The notes beneath the pieces were generated by a model, which was given only the letters and a program-made list of their open reading frames with translations, did not search any database and was not told where the DNA came from. Shown one piece after another: positions 46,401 to 54,917 of a stretch of DNA of 55,642 bases. Position 1 is the first letter of the stretch, and each line of letters begins with the position of its first letter. Both the position numbers and the translations under genes were made by a program. Origin of the DNA: a virus (Duplodnaviria; Caudoviricetes); IMG/VR virus record IMGVR_UViG_3300037042_000951, positions 1 through 55,642 of that record. One strand, written 5' to 3'.

Positions 46401-47114
46401 TCAAAAATTAACATGTTTGAGAACCCAGCAGCTTGGGCAATGGATTCAATTACCCCTTCGATTGCTAGACCGTTCTTTGAGTATGCGATGAACTTAGATG
46501 GATTAGGCAGAGAGATTTATAACAACCGTCAATCCCGTGTAGGAGATGCCTATACAGGCGGGGATAATATCCCTGAGCTATACAAAGATGCCGCTAGAAT
46601 GCTTGCAAACATTACAAATGGAGGCATAGACGTAAGCCCTAACACCATGTATTTCTTTGCAAACAATTATGTGGACGGTCTATCTAGGATTATCCATAAC
46701 AGCTACGGTATCGGTATGACAGCAGCAGGTCAGAAGCAGTTTAATCCCAAGACCGACACCATGATTCTTGATAGCTTCTTTGGCGCACCGTCTAACGTAG
46801 ATGCTAGAGAGTTCTCTAAGGTCGAGAACCAGATCAAAGAAAAAGAACGTAAGTTAAATATGTTCAAGAGCGACCCAATCCGCTATGCCGAGTATGTAGC
46901 TGCTAATCCGTTTGACGAAACCATCGTACAGATATACAACCAAAGTGTTGGGACAGGTTTAAATAAACTACGGGAACAGTCAAACATGTATCGTAAGATG
47001 CCTGACCTTAGCCCAAAAGATCGTAAAGAATTAGTTGATATGATTAAAGCTCAAGAGAACTTGTACAAGAGGCATTTAATAGGTGTGTTTGAAGCGTACG
47101 ATATTACGCCTTAA
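40470..47114 (+). CDS. Giant ejection/polyvalent protein with zincin-like HExxH and LPD38-like C-terminus
   Basis: 2214 aa; VLHETLHG...EFVSEAMSNPEF; C-terminal QIPWGFG..PFFEYAMN.DGLGREIY. Confidence 0.75.
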   Translation: MADLQQLYSALEKADAAGDVASAKQLADWIRAEQGGFSPAAPEKLELPPVEPATGFSSFIPAVKRGALGLQSLVADVAPAMAGRVAERLNVPGAKEYADRQMREAQEAQEYIQQRYPSAVSSYKDIKGGGDLLTYVVESVGELLPSMIPSVLTGGAAGIAGRGAAIAAREAAEKASLETAKKSLLTYSGSKLSQQELVNLATADAIKAGQAAAQRAVLKYQAAGAIGGSAMQNVPEVYQNIAEETGKEDLGAALLFGGFNSVLDAITPITLLRKAKGVGLTEKELIGAWYKRAGKGVLTGFATEGATEAVQEMSSAAAEKFVDENKNFFTEKNFERFINAGLKGGIGGGAVSGVANIPFGRKEEPPTPSIPETPEAVTPAMPGAEPAKQGALSNDDIEKFLNPEAKEEVKKEEAKKVDLDSDTFDMPTASEKIASLKADNDRIQNKLATGQYKNAPAVSAANAKIARQKTEIETLEAKLAEGDKNVTDRTDVTGGGVSAEVSGGPKPSGTPEEIAASERSGVVDAGSAAEQAAVGDAKQQGTLTSTKVIHDKEKDVWNYNDDKELVESAGPTTAIQHKSGIAKEQGITKTYIDGNRVTFELDNGGDIAVKFNKGRTSVYLNKPDKMMGFRPAGSFHEDIDNIQKDSTTFGFDKLQDFVPPKLAKAIQNAAKNISSSTKEVADPSEFIKPFLKEAVDSDGYSALWGEREKSAEQFKKELQGQGTAPTTKKTVTPTTTKKEEAPVDQATLVIPPGDKEVATEVTPPKAEFKGESAFTSGTERRFIEPKVTEETLYPKAIALREAQKSKPKPTVEEVAKTKQSVKNVKEAATDVISGKTADRYNALTPEEKAMVDTAVAKYKSLLEFKEAKPMSKRKEKPPPGVIYKPRQYNKILKEEKAAAEKAATEPPVPKKLSLIEERMAELRAIPSYGSANLEAIEGLRGGTTIGLMSNLMHGDLRGALQEIVQDTSGQFTKLDRMVAKRLLQSDTLPTLRVVPTSELNGKLGQYDAATDIASISEDAMTSHVVLHETLHGFTLAIIKAHKDGVKFNQGVANLEKLYNHLKETYPDLKDKYGMKNLAEFVSEAMSNPEFQEQLNALPYERGNLVINAFVEFVKDVLNVLGIGPGKDFTALAYALVSAESILTEGRRLEATNPPPATAALAPDATARPEPEPPTYKEGTTNLKEWATSIPKVADTPAASIKKALGENERYGTFQLVAKLLQNSRRAIQNWENRLEKAKKIMYYGENQNNIFGDISASSGRAEHFFNFYLATASKDLYDAIGRYANARGLSDQDALIELQQVFVSLHEPERRRAKYVLNVPLPLEAAMERKKIMSLVRSNQINEEQAERLRARLDALVENPANKLKEGVKGYGANPDEGFSYLPQDEQSAYYNVVSGIDPKVFKMAITELYEPNKALIDPIQKAIKVLQKGTKELDTRANYWAQPVNNVVAFYGYDNYVPFKGKPGETQSKIDDELEPHGKVNGRELQEAPFAFEGRLSDPDNPLLQTLADGVRSALRAGRGGTMYGADGKPLLDSKGEPTQFGTTHAIVNAIKQGLIEGKPVETISFAQRYDAAVLEKLKQKGENNFFHYKPDGSIEIWSIEDKALREAIRRTYQQNNPLVDTFSRITSWIGQGHTRYNPAFAPKNFVADTLANAGIIGAELGVSKFGGVIGEVAKNGLGKAFTFSRLYGAKNFAEIERLAKTDDYIKDMYEYVKGGGKVSYVSGIGAQSQFQRMQETLGRSKIASTKEQIDSVIDTFWAEPFELASRVAAYRVTKADYINNQKMSPEAAKTKAISYVKNLANFEQTGDYGKALGAFFVFFRASATGAVRAIDALAPIFVDPNTEFLRLPESVRLDPEAKKTFFENHYKQRRTAQAMLAAIAGTGVMVYYMALLMSDDDDEGRNRTAIDDMDRWTRFARFPIPGTDVIVQIPWGFGLGAFAAAGAQVASLLVGNSSFGQVFNNIKDVGMDSFLPLPTSKINMFENPAAWAMDSITPSIARPFFEYAMNLDGLGREIYNNRQSRVGDAYTGGDNIPELYKDAARMLANITNGGIDVSPNTMYFFANNYVDGLSRIIHNSYGIGMTAAGQKQFNPKTDTMILDSFFGAPSNVDAREFSKVENQIKEKERKLNMFKSDPIRYAEYVAANPFDETIVQIYNQSVGTGLNKLREQSNMYRKMPDLSPKDRKELVDMIKAQENLYKRHLIGVFEAYDITP
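41923..42099 (+). CDS. Nested +1-frame 58-aa protein inside the giant gene
   Basis: SD AAGGAG 6 nt before ATG; MLLTELTLQEVELALKYLADPNQVEPPKKLQHLSDLEWLTLEVLQSRLLLEMQNSKVH. Confidence 0.6.
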   Translation: MLLTELTLQEVELALKYLADPNQVEPPKKLQHLSDLEWLTLEVLQSRLLLEMQNSKVH

Positions 47115-47317
47115 CCAACTCGCCACACACGAATACCCATGATGCCGTCTTTCATAGCGGCAAAAGCTTTGACTCTTAGGTTATGTTTTTTAGAGGCTTC
47201 AACTACGGAGTAAATAGCCTCGGCAGACTTTAGAGTGGGGATAAAGAAACTATCCCCGACCTCCATGCCGTCAAACGGAAACAACCAGATTGGCTCACTG
47301 AACAGATTGTTGCTCAT
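47111..47317 (-). CDS. Small conserved protein, possibly DNA-binding (probable start MSNNL)
   Basis: FPFDGMEVGDSFFIP...GIRVWR motif. Confidence 0.7.
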   Translation of the reverse strand: MSNNLFSEPIWLFPFDGMEVGDSFFIPTLKSAEAIYSVVEASKKHNLRVKAFAAMKDGIMGIRVWRVG

Positions 47318-50213
47318 CAGATACAGGTATAAGTGGTACAGATTTAAAGAAATAGCAGTTGACGTTAACGCTATCTGGCGCACCCTTCCAACCAGACGCT
47401 AAACGCTTTTTATCTTTCTTATCCAAAACACCTTTCTTCTTCATAACATGCAAGAAATTCTCTTCGCTATACCCATGCTCAGCTAGCCATTTGGTCATGG
47501 TCATTGTAGACACATAGGACATTCCCTCATCCAAGTCAACGCGCACCGCTAGTTTCCTATGGGGGGAGGGGGTAGATATAACCTTGTCGTTGACAATTGC
47601 TAGCGTAGCGCCTATGTGGTCTAAGAAAAACTCTCCTAACACGCTTTCAAAGTCGGTGTCATTAATTGCGTTACCACCGTCTTTCTTGGCAAGCATCAAG
47701 CTAACCATGACGTCATATATCCTGTCTAAGTCATAGTCAATTAGACCCGCATCTTTGGCAATCTCGCCACCTGTCATGCATACAGAGATTAAATCTTCGT
47801 AGTATCTGTTAACTGCGTCATTACCAAAGTCTTTCTTAAAACGTTTTACCCATAAGTCCATCTGTTTTAATATTCTGTCTTCACCCCATAGAATCATTTT
47901 GTGGGCATATATCGGACCAGCATGCCCATAGTTTTTACGAAACTCGTCAAATATTTCTTTACCTTTCTCAGGGTGGTCTTTGAGTATTTGTGGCTTGTGT
48001 ACAAACAACTCCACCATACGAGCAGTCTCACCGTAGGGGGTGGACTTCTTTTTCTTAACAATACCAATAAGGGCGTGGTTAGTTGTATAAAAGCCGATGG
48101 TAGAAGAAGTTATGTCTTGAGAACGCTCAGCCATACTTGTGCCTGAGAGCCGCATCTTGGCTTCTCCTTGAGCAATCCTATGAATAAACTTACCGACTGC
48201 CGCAGGGTCCTTATCACCCGCTTCGTCAATACCAACTAAGATATTCTTAGATGTCATAATCCTAGTATGTGCCGCGTTATCTGTTGTTTCAAACACACTT
48301 AGCTTTTTAGGGTTGCCCCAGACGCTTAGCGCCGCATACAACGAACCAGTCTTGGCTGAACCAGACTCACCCTCATAAGAAAGCGACACTCCATCGGTAG
48401 AAGCAAACTGCATCAAGGGCGCACCGAATCCAGTCAAAGCACCGAAAGCATGCATCTCCAACCCTGGGAGATCGCTTAATTGTTGCGCTGCCCATTTCCA
48501 CTTCTCAAAGTCACCTTTCTTAACCAACGCTTTTGTTACGTTAGCGGCATTAGGAGAAGTAGGAGCATCTCTGCCTTCTGGTCCTGTCTCTTCTGTAACC
48601 TCAAGGCTACCAATAACGAATGTCTGATTGTCGTCATGCCACCCCATTTGGTTGCGCATAATTTCAGCAGGTCCAGAATTTTGGAAATATCTTCCCCATT
48701 TCATAACATACTCCGATACTTGTTTAGCGTAGTTTTGGTTAAAGAATACGCCGTTGCCAGTCAATATCTTCCTGCAATCTTCTGGAGCGTATACCGTCTT
48801 CATAGAAATCATAAACTCACGGATGCCGTCATTAGGTAGGTGCAAACGCAACATAAGGCACTCACCATCATTAGGACTGTAGATACGGCGGTAAGCATAG
48901 AAGTCATGCTCCGATAGCAACACGGCATCTACATCGTGGTATTTCTTGGTTTCTTTGTCAAACTTAGCAGGTGGTTGGAAGTAGATACCCCCGTTTATTC
49001 CACGGACAAATGGTGCTAAGTATTCTGGGAACTCTGGAACTTTTTTGGAATTCGTAGTCTTCCGAACTGGGTCCGCCTTATCTGACGGGCTTTCTGAGGT
49101 GGGTTCGTCATGTTCTGGTTCTGGCTCGTCTCCTTCTGTTCTGGCTGTATTGAGGACTCTGGCGAGCTTGATTGGGTTTCCGAGTTTACGGTTGGGGCAT
49201 CCGTCACAGATGCCTGGGTTGCGCGCATCAAAAGTAGCGCAGGTATGCGGACCGCTTTTTTCGACACTTAGTATGGTCTCCAATTTTTTGTTAACTGTAT
49301 CAGGAGAATAACCGACATAGTCTTTAGATACTAGGTGTACCATCTCCTCCTTGTTTTCGCAGTGCGCTGCGATGGTCATAACGCTATGCCATATGGGTTC
49401 TTCTAAATGCTCAGCGTTCTCAAATGCGTACTGAATCTGCGCACATCCTTTTCCCTCGGCAGTTAGTTCTAGGATTCTAGGGAAGCTATTGACAAAGTTG
49501 TCTAGCTTACGCATCTTCTTAGTTTCTTCGTCCAGACCCTTTGGTATAAGACTTAATACATTGTTGCTTGGGGCTTCTATGTGTCCTAGAAAATCCTTGA
49601 AAGACTCGAAATCATACTGATGAAACTCAGTATCTATGAACTTAGCTTGTGATGGTGGGTCAGTTTTATAGTTCAGGGAGTCAGGCACACGCATGATTCG
49701 TGCCGCCTCTGCCATTACCGCTGGGTCTGCAAGCAGTCTCTCTAGTACATAATCCTTGAACTTAAGCGCATAGGGCATGTAGTCATTAATCTTGACCTCT
49801 TCGTTTAGCAACCAATATGCATGTATGCCCGTGCCTGAGTCAATGCGCACAGGTGGGGGTAGTTCGCTTTCTGCTAGAAATTTATCCAGCGCTTTAAGCG
49901 CGTCTTCCTTAGTAGCATAACCCTTACCACTCTCAGCCTTATCTTCACCAACATCCAGATCAATAAAGAACGAACGAAAGTATACGCAATCATCCTTCTT
50001 ACGGCTATAACCCTCGAACGTACCCAACGCAACATAGGTATTCCAACCTTTCTTTTTAAATACTTCAACTTGTTTTAATAAATCATCAATACTCTCGGCA
50101 AACTTATTTGTAACTTTGCCCTTGCCAGCCTCACCTTGCTCTATCCCAGTAGCGCAATAAACGCCCTGCGTAGCCAATGCTTTCTCATAAAATTGTTTTA
50201 ACATATATGGCAC
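47295..50213 (-). CDS. Primase-helicase (AEP/RepB-like primase + DUF927-type P-loop helicase)
   Basis: FFIDLD, SGTGIHAYW, RIMRVP; Cys cluster; GESGSAKT and GIDE. Start may be ATG 50204. Confidence 0.85.
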   Translation of the reverse strand: MPYMLKQFYEKALATQGVYCATGIEQGEAGKGKVTNKFAESIDDLLKQVEVFKKKGWNTYVALGTFEGYSRKKDDCVYFRSFFIDLDVGEDKAESGKGYATKEDALKALDKFLAESELPPPVRIDSGTGIHAYWLLNEEVKINDYMPYALKFKDYVLERLLADPAVMAEAARIMRVPDSLNYKTDPPSQAKFIDTEFHQYDFESFKDFLGHIEAPSNNVLSLIPKGLDEETKKMRKLDNFVNSFPRILELTAEGKGCAQIQYAFENAEHLEEPIWHSVMTIAAHCENKEEMVHLVSKDYVGYSPDTVNKKLETILSVEKSGPHTCATFDARNPGICDGCPNRKLGNPIKLARVLNTARTEGDEPEPEHDEPTSESPSDKADPVRKTTNSKKVPEFPEYLAPFVRGINGGIYFQPPAKFDKETKKYHDVDAVLLSEHDFYAYRRIYSPNDGECLMLRLHLPNDGIREFMISMKTVYAPEDCRKILTGNGVFFNQNYAKQVSEYVMKWGRYFQNSGPAEIMRNQMGWHDDNQTFVIGSLEVTEETGPEGRDAPTSPNAANVTKALVKKGDFEKWKWAAQQLSDLPGLEMHAFGALTGFGAPLMQFASTDGVSLSYEGESGSAKTGSLYAALSVWGNPKKLSVFETTDNAAHTRIMTSKNILVGIDEAGDKDPAAVGKFIHRIAQGEAKMRLSGTSMAERSQDITSSTIGFYTTNHALIGIVKKKKSTPYGETARMVELFVHKPQILKDHPEKGKEIFDEFRKNYGHAGPIYAHKMILWGEDRILKQMDLWVKRFKKDFGNDAVNRYYEDLISVCMTGGEIAKDAGLIDYDLDRIYDVMVSLMLAKKDGGNAINDTDFESVLGEFFLDHIGATLAIVNDKVISTPSPHRKLAVRVDLDEGMSYVSTMTMTKWLAEHGYSEENFLHVMKKKGVLDKKDKKRLASGWKGAPDSVNVNCYFFKSVPLIPVSDEQQSVQ

Positions 50214-50218
50214 AGTCT

Positions 50219-50241
50219 AAAAAGCCGAGTTTCCTCGGCTT
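50219..50241 (-). terminator. Terminator-like hairpin directly upstream of the primase gene
   Basis: Minus strand reads AAGCCGAG-GAAA-CTCGGCTTTTT. Confidence 0.65.
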
Positions 50242-50309
50242 GGTTAATGGGTGGGGTGGACTAGGTAGTTTGTTATTTCATCCTTTCAGCAATCATGCGC
50301 CCCGTTGTT

Positions 50310-50618
50310 TTAATCTTCTTTAAGCATGTCCTCAATATAGTTTTTTGCTTCTACTAAATTTCTAGCTGGTAACAAACCAGACTTTATATCTTTCTCTACT
50401 AGACTCATAAAAGCATCAACTAGTTGTATACGCTTTGGTCGTATAGGACCGCCACGAAACCAAGTATGTAGAGCCATCCGTGATATGTTAAATACTTTGC
50501 AAACATAACTAGCAGGTAAGTTAGCTTCAACACATAGCTTCGCTAACGCCTGTCCAGTCATAATTGCATCAGGCTTACTTAAAGTTAATAAAAACTTATT
50601 ACTATAGCTTCGTGGCAT
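50310..50618 (-). CDS. HTH-type DNA-binding protein
   Basis: LPASYVCKVFNISRMALHTWFRG resembles an XRE HTH. Confidence 0.65.
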   Translation of the reverse strand: MPRSYSNKFLLTLSKPDAIMTGQALAKLCVEANLPASYVCKVFNISRMALHTWFRGGPIRPKRIQLVDAFMSLVEKDIKSGLLPARNLVEAKNYIEDMLKED

Positions 50619-50626
50619 ACCTTGTC

Positions 50627-51481
50627 CTACGCTTTCTTAGACCACTTCTTGACGATGTCAGTAACATCGTTGCCTTCAGCTTTAACTGCTTTAGGCGCAC
50701 TCTCACGCTTTACTGGCTCAGCAGCTTCTGGAGCAGCAACTTCATCTGCACCGCCATCTTGCTGATATACAGTTAACTTCACTGCATTCTCTGCAGTCGC
50801 ACTCTTGCCTTGTGCTTTAACCGTTTCGTAGTCTTCTTCAGCAACGGCAGCTGATGGTGAGAACAAGACTTTGGCATACTTAGTCTTTGTATCAAACTGC
50901 ATCTTAGTTACAACACGCCCTGCGCTAACATTGTTTTGAGCGAGCATATTGATATAAGCCTTGAAGGGCCAACGACCACCGTCTTCTTTACCGAAAGCTG
51001 ACGTAGCTGGGATTACTAACTGCATGATGTCACCCTTTGGATCGTTAGGAAGAACAACCGCAGTTCTCCAAGACAAACGACACGCAGTACCTGTACCGCC
51101 TGTACCTGAACCTTTTGCACTGTTAGGGCATTGGTCACAAGTAGTAGCTACTGGGCTTTTAACATCCGCATCGGGCTTCTTAGAGTCAGACGACCAGCAG
51201 GTAGGAGAAACTTTCTCTCCCTCTTTGTATGCTTCTGCATAGAAAGTACGGCTTGGGTCATGCGCCATCTTCACAAAAATAATGTTCATATGACGGTCTT
51301 CAATAGCACCAATCTCTTTGCCGTTAGCCATCTTACGGAATACACCGCCAGCGATTGAGATACGTTTGTTACCGCTAGTAGTAGCTACACTACCACCTGC
51401 AACGGCTAATGTATCCTCATCCAATCCTGTTGTAACTAGGGCTGGGTTGCTTTTTAATAAAACTGATAATTCGTTACTCAT
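50627..51481 (-). CDS. Putative ssDNA-binding/replication protein
   Basis: RISIAGGVFR, CWSSD..CDQCP..ACR, acidic tail ending in W; lies in the replication module. Confidence 0.55.
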   Translation of the reverse strand: MSNELSVLLKSNPALVTTGLDEDTLAVAGGSVATTSGNKRISIAGGVFRKMANGKEIGAIEDRHMNIIFVKMAHDPSRTFYAEAYKEGEKVSPTCWSSDSKKPDADVKSPVATTCDQCPNSAKGSGTGGTGTACRLSWRTAVVLPNDPKGDIMQLVIPATSAFGKEDGGRWPFKAYINMLAQNNVSAGRVVTKMQFDTKTKYAKVLFSPSAAVAEEDYETVKAQGKSATAENAVKLTVYQQDGGADEVAAPEAAEPVKRESAPKAVKAEGNDVTDIVKKWSKKA

Positions 51482-51505
51482 AATTTAACTCCACTAAATA
51501 GACTA

Positions 51506-51904
51506 TTAGGAAACGCTTGTTGGTTTACGCACGGTAACACCAAACTCACGCATAACATTCACACCAGGAGGTAGACCTTCGTCTTGTCTCTCAGTGATGA
51601 ATTCTTTGAAATTACCCTGATGGATACGGCGCTCTAGAAGTTCTAAGGCTTGGTGTTCAAGCACATAGTCTCTAAAGTGTTCCCAATCCGTGCAGAAGTA
51701 ACGTTCGGTTAATTTGCGAATCACAGTACCTTTGTCTGTCTTGATACTTGTCGCATTTGTTTCATTGCAGATAGATAACAGAGCTTGTTCTAGCCTAGCC
51801 ATCTCTTCTTTTACTACAGCATCTTTTGCTTCCCACTCATTACGCAAACGGTCACGCTCATTCCTTAACGTAATAAATGTTTCTACTAACTGATCGGTGT
51901 TCAT
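51506..51904 (-). CDS. Conserved replication-module protein
   Basis: Coiled coil + SIKTDKGTV..DW..LLERRI..PPGV. Confidence 0.7.
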   Translation of the reverse strand: MNTDQLVETFITLRNERDRLRNEWEAKDAVVKEEMARLEQALLSICNETNATSIKTDKGTVIRKLTERYFCTDWEHFRDYVLEHQALELLERRIHQGNFKEFITERQDEGLPPGVNVMREFGVTVRKPTSVS

Positions 51905-53478
51905 TTGTTTTCTCCTAAACCGAGTTCTGACTTATATAAATCAACTAATTTTTCATGCATATCTACTTTATTTTGCAACACTTCGTACATCCTTCTTTCA
52001 ACTGGAGAACCTTGCAAATGCACTACTGTCATCTTGTTCTTTTGACCTACCCTGTCAATGCGAGCAATACATTGTAAGTACGTTTCAACACTAGTAACAG
52101 GAGACCAAAACACTACAGTATTAGCAGCTGTAAGCGTTACTCCATGACTCGCAGCTTGCGGTTGTATTACAAGGATTCTTGGGTTGTCTGCTTCTTGAAA
52201 TCTGTTGATGATTAGACTGCGTTCTTTTGCAGGTACATCCCCATTGATAACTTCGTTTGTGATTCCCTCCTCTGTTAAGAACTTACAAACTAACTGTATC
52301 GTGTGTCGATACGGTACAAAAATAATTAGCTTGTGTTCTGTCTCTTCGATAACTTCTAGTAGAGCGTTCTTGCGTGGTGCTATATCGAACTCAACTACCT
52401 CCCTTTCATCAGTATATACTGCCCCTCCTGATAATTGCAATAGCTTATTTAAATTTGTTGCAGCATTTACTGTAGTGATTTGTTCACCTGCCGCTTGTAT
52501 AAGCATATCTTTCTTGAGAGCGTTATAGAACTTGGTAGCCTGTGGTGACAGTGGTACTTCTCGTGTCTGATACATCACATCAGGCAAATCTAAACACTCA
52601 TTTTTTGTAAAACGAATTGCTGGTTGCAGTGCATCAAATACTTTTTGCTTTGCATCATTTTTTGGAATCCACTTAAACCGTGATAGTTGATGCATAACTT
52701 TATCTTTCCACACTGTCATTGTGCGTGGCACATTCTGTGGCGATACGAGTTTGGCTATACCAAATGCATCTATTGGTGATTGTGAGGCGGGTGTCCCTGT
52801 TAACATCCACAACCTCGTGGTTGGTTTCATCAATTTAGCTAATGCTTTCCATCTTTTAGTCGTAACGTTTTTATAAGCGTTTGCTTCATCAATCACTATT
52901 AGGTCAAACCCTATTTTTTCTAACTCATTGAAAACTATACTGACACCGTCGTAGTTTATGATGATGAACTCATAGTCTCCTTGAAGAATCTTTTTACGCT
53001 TGTCTGGGCTACCGTACGCTACAGCAACTCGTCTATGCATTGCAGTTTTAAAAATATCCGCTTGCCATGCTGAATACATAATTGACAGCGGACATATCAC
53101 TAACACTTTTTTGACATGGTTCTGAGTCATCAAGTAATCAGCAGCCCAAATAACAGATGATGTCTTTCCTGTTCCTGCTTCGTTAAAACAAAACGCGCGC
53201 ATGTTAATAGACAGGAACGCTGAAGTAACTCTTTGGTGATCGAAAGGCTTAAACAGTCCAGGCCAGTTGTAGTTAGCCGTTATGGGTGAGGGTAGTGGCT
53301 TGTTAAACTTAATTAGCCGATTAAGCAGGGTTAGTTCTTCTACACCCCAATAAACCAAAACTTCTGAGAGATTCCCTTTAGTCTCTATAAGTTCGCTTTT
53401 CTCTATGTTGTTTATTACGCTTGGCACAAGGTCTGTTGGGAGCGTAAAGCGAACTGCTGTGTTATCTACTATTTTCAT
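51901..53478 (-). CDS. SNF2-family helicase
   Basis: EAGTGKT, VICP, IDEA, LTGTP, HGVTLT, ARIDRVGQ. Confidence 0.93.
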   Translation of the reverse strand: MKIVDNTAVRFTLPTDLVPSVINNIEKSELIETKGNLSEVLVYWGVEELTLLNRLIKFNKPLPSPITANYNWPGLFKPFDHQRVTSAFLSINMRAFCFNEAGTGKTSSVIWAADYLMTQNHVKKVLVICPLSIMYSAWQADIFKTAMHRRVAVAYGSPDKRKKILQGDYEFIIINYDGVSIVFNELEKIGFDLIVIDEANAYKNVTTKRWKALAKLMKPTTRLWMLTGTPASQSPIDAFGIAKLVSPQNVPRTMTVWKDKVMHQLSRFKWIPKNDAKQKVFDALQPAIRFTKNECLDLPDVMYQTREVPLSPQATKFYNALKKDMLIQAAGEQITTVNAATNLNKLLQLSGGAVYTDEREVVEFDIAPRKNALLEVIEETEHKLIIFVPYRHTIQLVCKFLTEEGITNEVINGDVPAKERSLIINRFQEADNPRILVIQPQAASHGVTLTAANTVVFWSPVTSVETYLQCIARIDRVGQKNKMTVVHLQGSPVERRMYEVLQNKVDMHEKLVDLYKSELGLGENK

Positions 53479-53497
53479 GTTTTCCTTAACTAAGTTT

Positions 53498-53640
53498 TAA
53501 CTAAAACCCCTTACGGGGGTTAGTCGTCTAGCCCATTACCACCCAAACAGGGAGGTAAAAAGTGGTACGGCTAGCTGACATGGTTTAAGCCTGAGAATCA
53601 CCAAAGGCAAGCTTGTTTGTTACCCACTCATGTCTTACGG
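53498..53640 (-). ncRNA. Putative structured leader RNA of the helicase operon
   Basis: GACATG/CATGTC; CTAGCC-TACCAC/GTGGTA-GGCTAG; CCCC-GTAA-GGGG hairpins. Confidence 0.45.
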
Positions 53641-53665
53641 TAAACAAATACTTTACACTAAAACT

Positions 53666-53977
53666 TTACTTTTTGCGCTCTTTTTTGCTGGTTTCAGATA
53701 CCAAATTACCCTTAGAGTCCCGCTTAAAAGACCGATTTTTAGCCACCGTAGTAATGTAGACCCCCTGTTTATTAGAGCCTCCCTTGTCTAGTGCCTTGCG
53801 GTGGGCTACATCTTTGCCCTCTCGTGCATCTGCCTTGCCGTTGCCGTTGCCATCAGGCATCTTCTTGTCTACGCCCCGTCTAGCTCGCTGGCGTTCCATA
53901 CGATTGCCATGCTCTCCACGAGCCTTTTGTTGCTGGTATTCCTTCTTGTAAGGTCTTGGTTTAGTAACGTAGGGCAT
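53666..53977 (-). CDS. HNH-like small basic protein (probable start MPYVTKPR)
   Basis: KDVAHRKALDKGGSN...NRS; SD AAGGAG. Confidence 0.6.
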   Translation of the reverse strand: MPYVTKPRPYKKEYQQQKARGEHGNRMERQRARRGVDKKMPDGNGNGKADAREGKDVAHRKALDKGGSNKQGVYITTVAKNRSFKRDSKGNLVSETSKKERKK

Positions 53978-54630
53978 TATCTCTCCTTGTGATGTTCGCA
54001 AGACCTAACTGGACACCACCCACATAGCCCCGTAGGATTCGCTTGCCATGTATCATTTTCGTACGAATAGGTCAAACGAGCAAGGTCTGGGGTAAAAGCA
54101 TCCCAAAGTTCATCCTTAGTCTCACGGTTATATTCCTCTGTAATAAAACTATTATTCATGACGAACATCAGTCCAGCCTTGACGTTATTGACTTGGGGGA
54201 AATGTTCAAAGACCATCAGCGCCATGAGCTTTAACTGCTTTGGGTCCGCATATTTATTGCTACCCGTCTTGTAATCAACAATAAAGGCATCCTCGCCATC
54301 GACTACTAGGAAGTCAACTATACCCCTTACCCAACAGTCTTCTGCGCTCCATTTACAGGCTTTCTTGTCAAAATTAAGTGCCATACGAAGCTCAGGGTGG
54401 AATTCCCCAGGTATTTCTTTAAGGCTGTCCATCAATGGAGCAAATCTCTGATAGTTTTCTGCTAACGGTTCTCCGTCTTTGATATAGTTTTCCAATGCCT
54501 TGTGGACTTGGTTTCCGTAGAGAATCTGTTGAGTCATCTCCTTCTGATAGTTCTTGAGGACCTTGACTTCTTGATACTGCTTTGGGCAATTTATATAATC
54601 TTTGAGAGAGGAGAATGACCAAGTAAACAT
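53977..54630 (-). CDS. PD-(D/E)xK exonuclease (Cas4/RecB-like)
   Basis: N-terminal CP, GIVD..IVDYKTG, QLKLMAL, C-terminal CGWCPVRSC. Confidence 0.88.
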   Translation of the reverse strand: MFTWSFSSLKDYINCPKQYQEVKVLKNYQKEMTQQILYGNQVHKALENYIKDGEPLAENYQRFAPLMDSLKEIPGEFHPELRMALNFDKKACKWSAEDCWVRGIVDFLVVDGEDAFIVDYKTGSNKYADPKQLKLMALMVFEHFPQVNNVKAGLMFVMNNSFITEEYNRETKDELWDAFTPDLARLTYSYENDTWQANPTGLCGWCPVRSCEHHKER

Positions 54631-54650
54631 AACTATTCCTTAACTGAGTT

Positions 54651-54917
54651 TCACTTTATATATTTTGGCATACAAGTAACGTCAACGGGTGCTTCAGATA
54701 AAAAACCGTTTACCTTACGTCTTGTAGTAATAACTACAGGTCTTGTGCCAGCCGATTCGCAATCCATAATAGCGTTAATCATTTCATTACGGGTCATAAC
54801 ATAGGTACTCTTATCTACAAGAACTTCTGTATTAGGTAGCCTTGCTATAGGATCACTATTAAACATGGAACATCCACTTAATATACTTACTGCTGATATA
54901 ACTAATACCTTTTTCAT
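54651..54917 (-). CDS. Lipoprotein
   Basis: MKK-hydrophobic-LSGC lipobox. Confidence 0.8.
   Translation of the reverse strand: MKKVLVISAVSILSGCSMFNSDPIARLPNTEVLVDKSTYVMTRNEMINAIMDCESAGTRPVVITTRRKVNGFLSEAPVDVTCMPKYIK

Noticed and set aside
53977-54630. Cas4 as evidence of CRISPR-Cas
   Set aside because: Solo Cas4-like PD-(D/E)xK nucleases are common in phage replication modules; no array or cas1.
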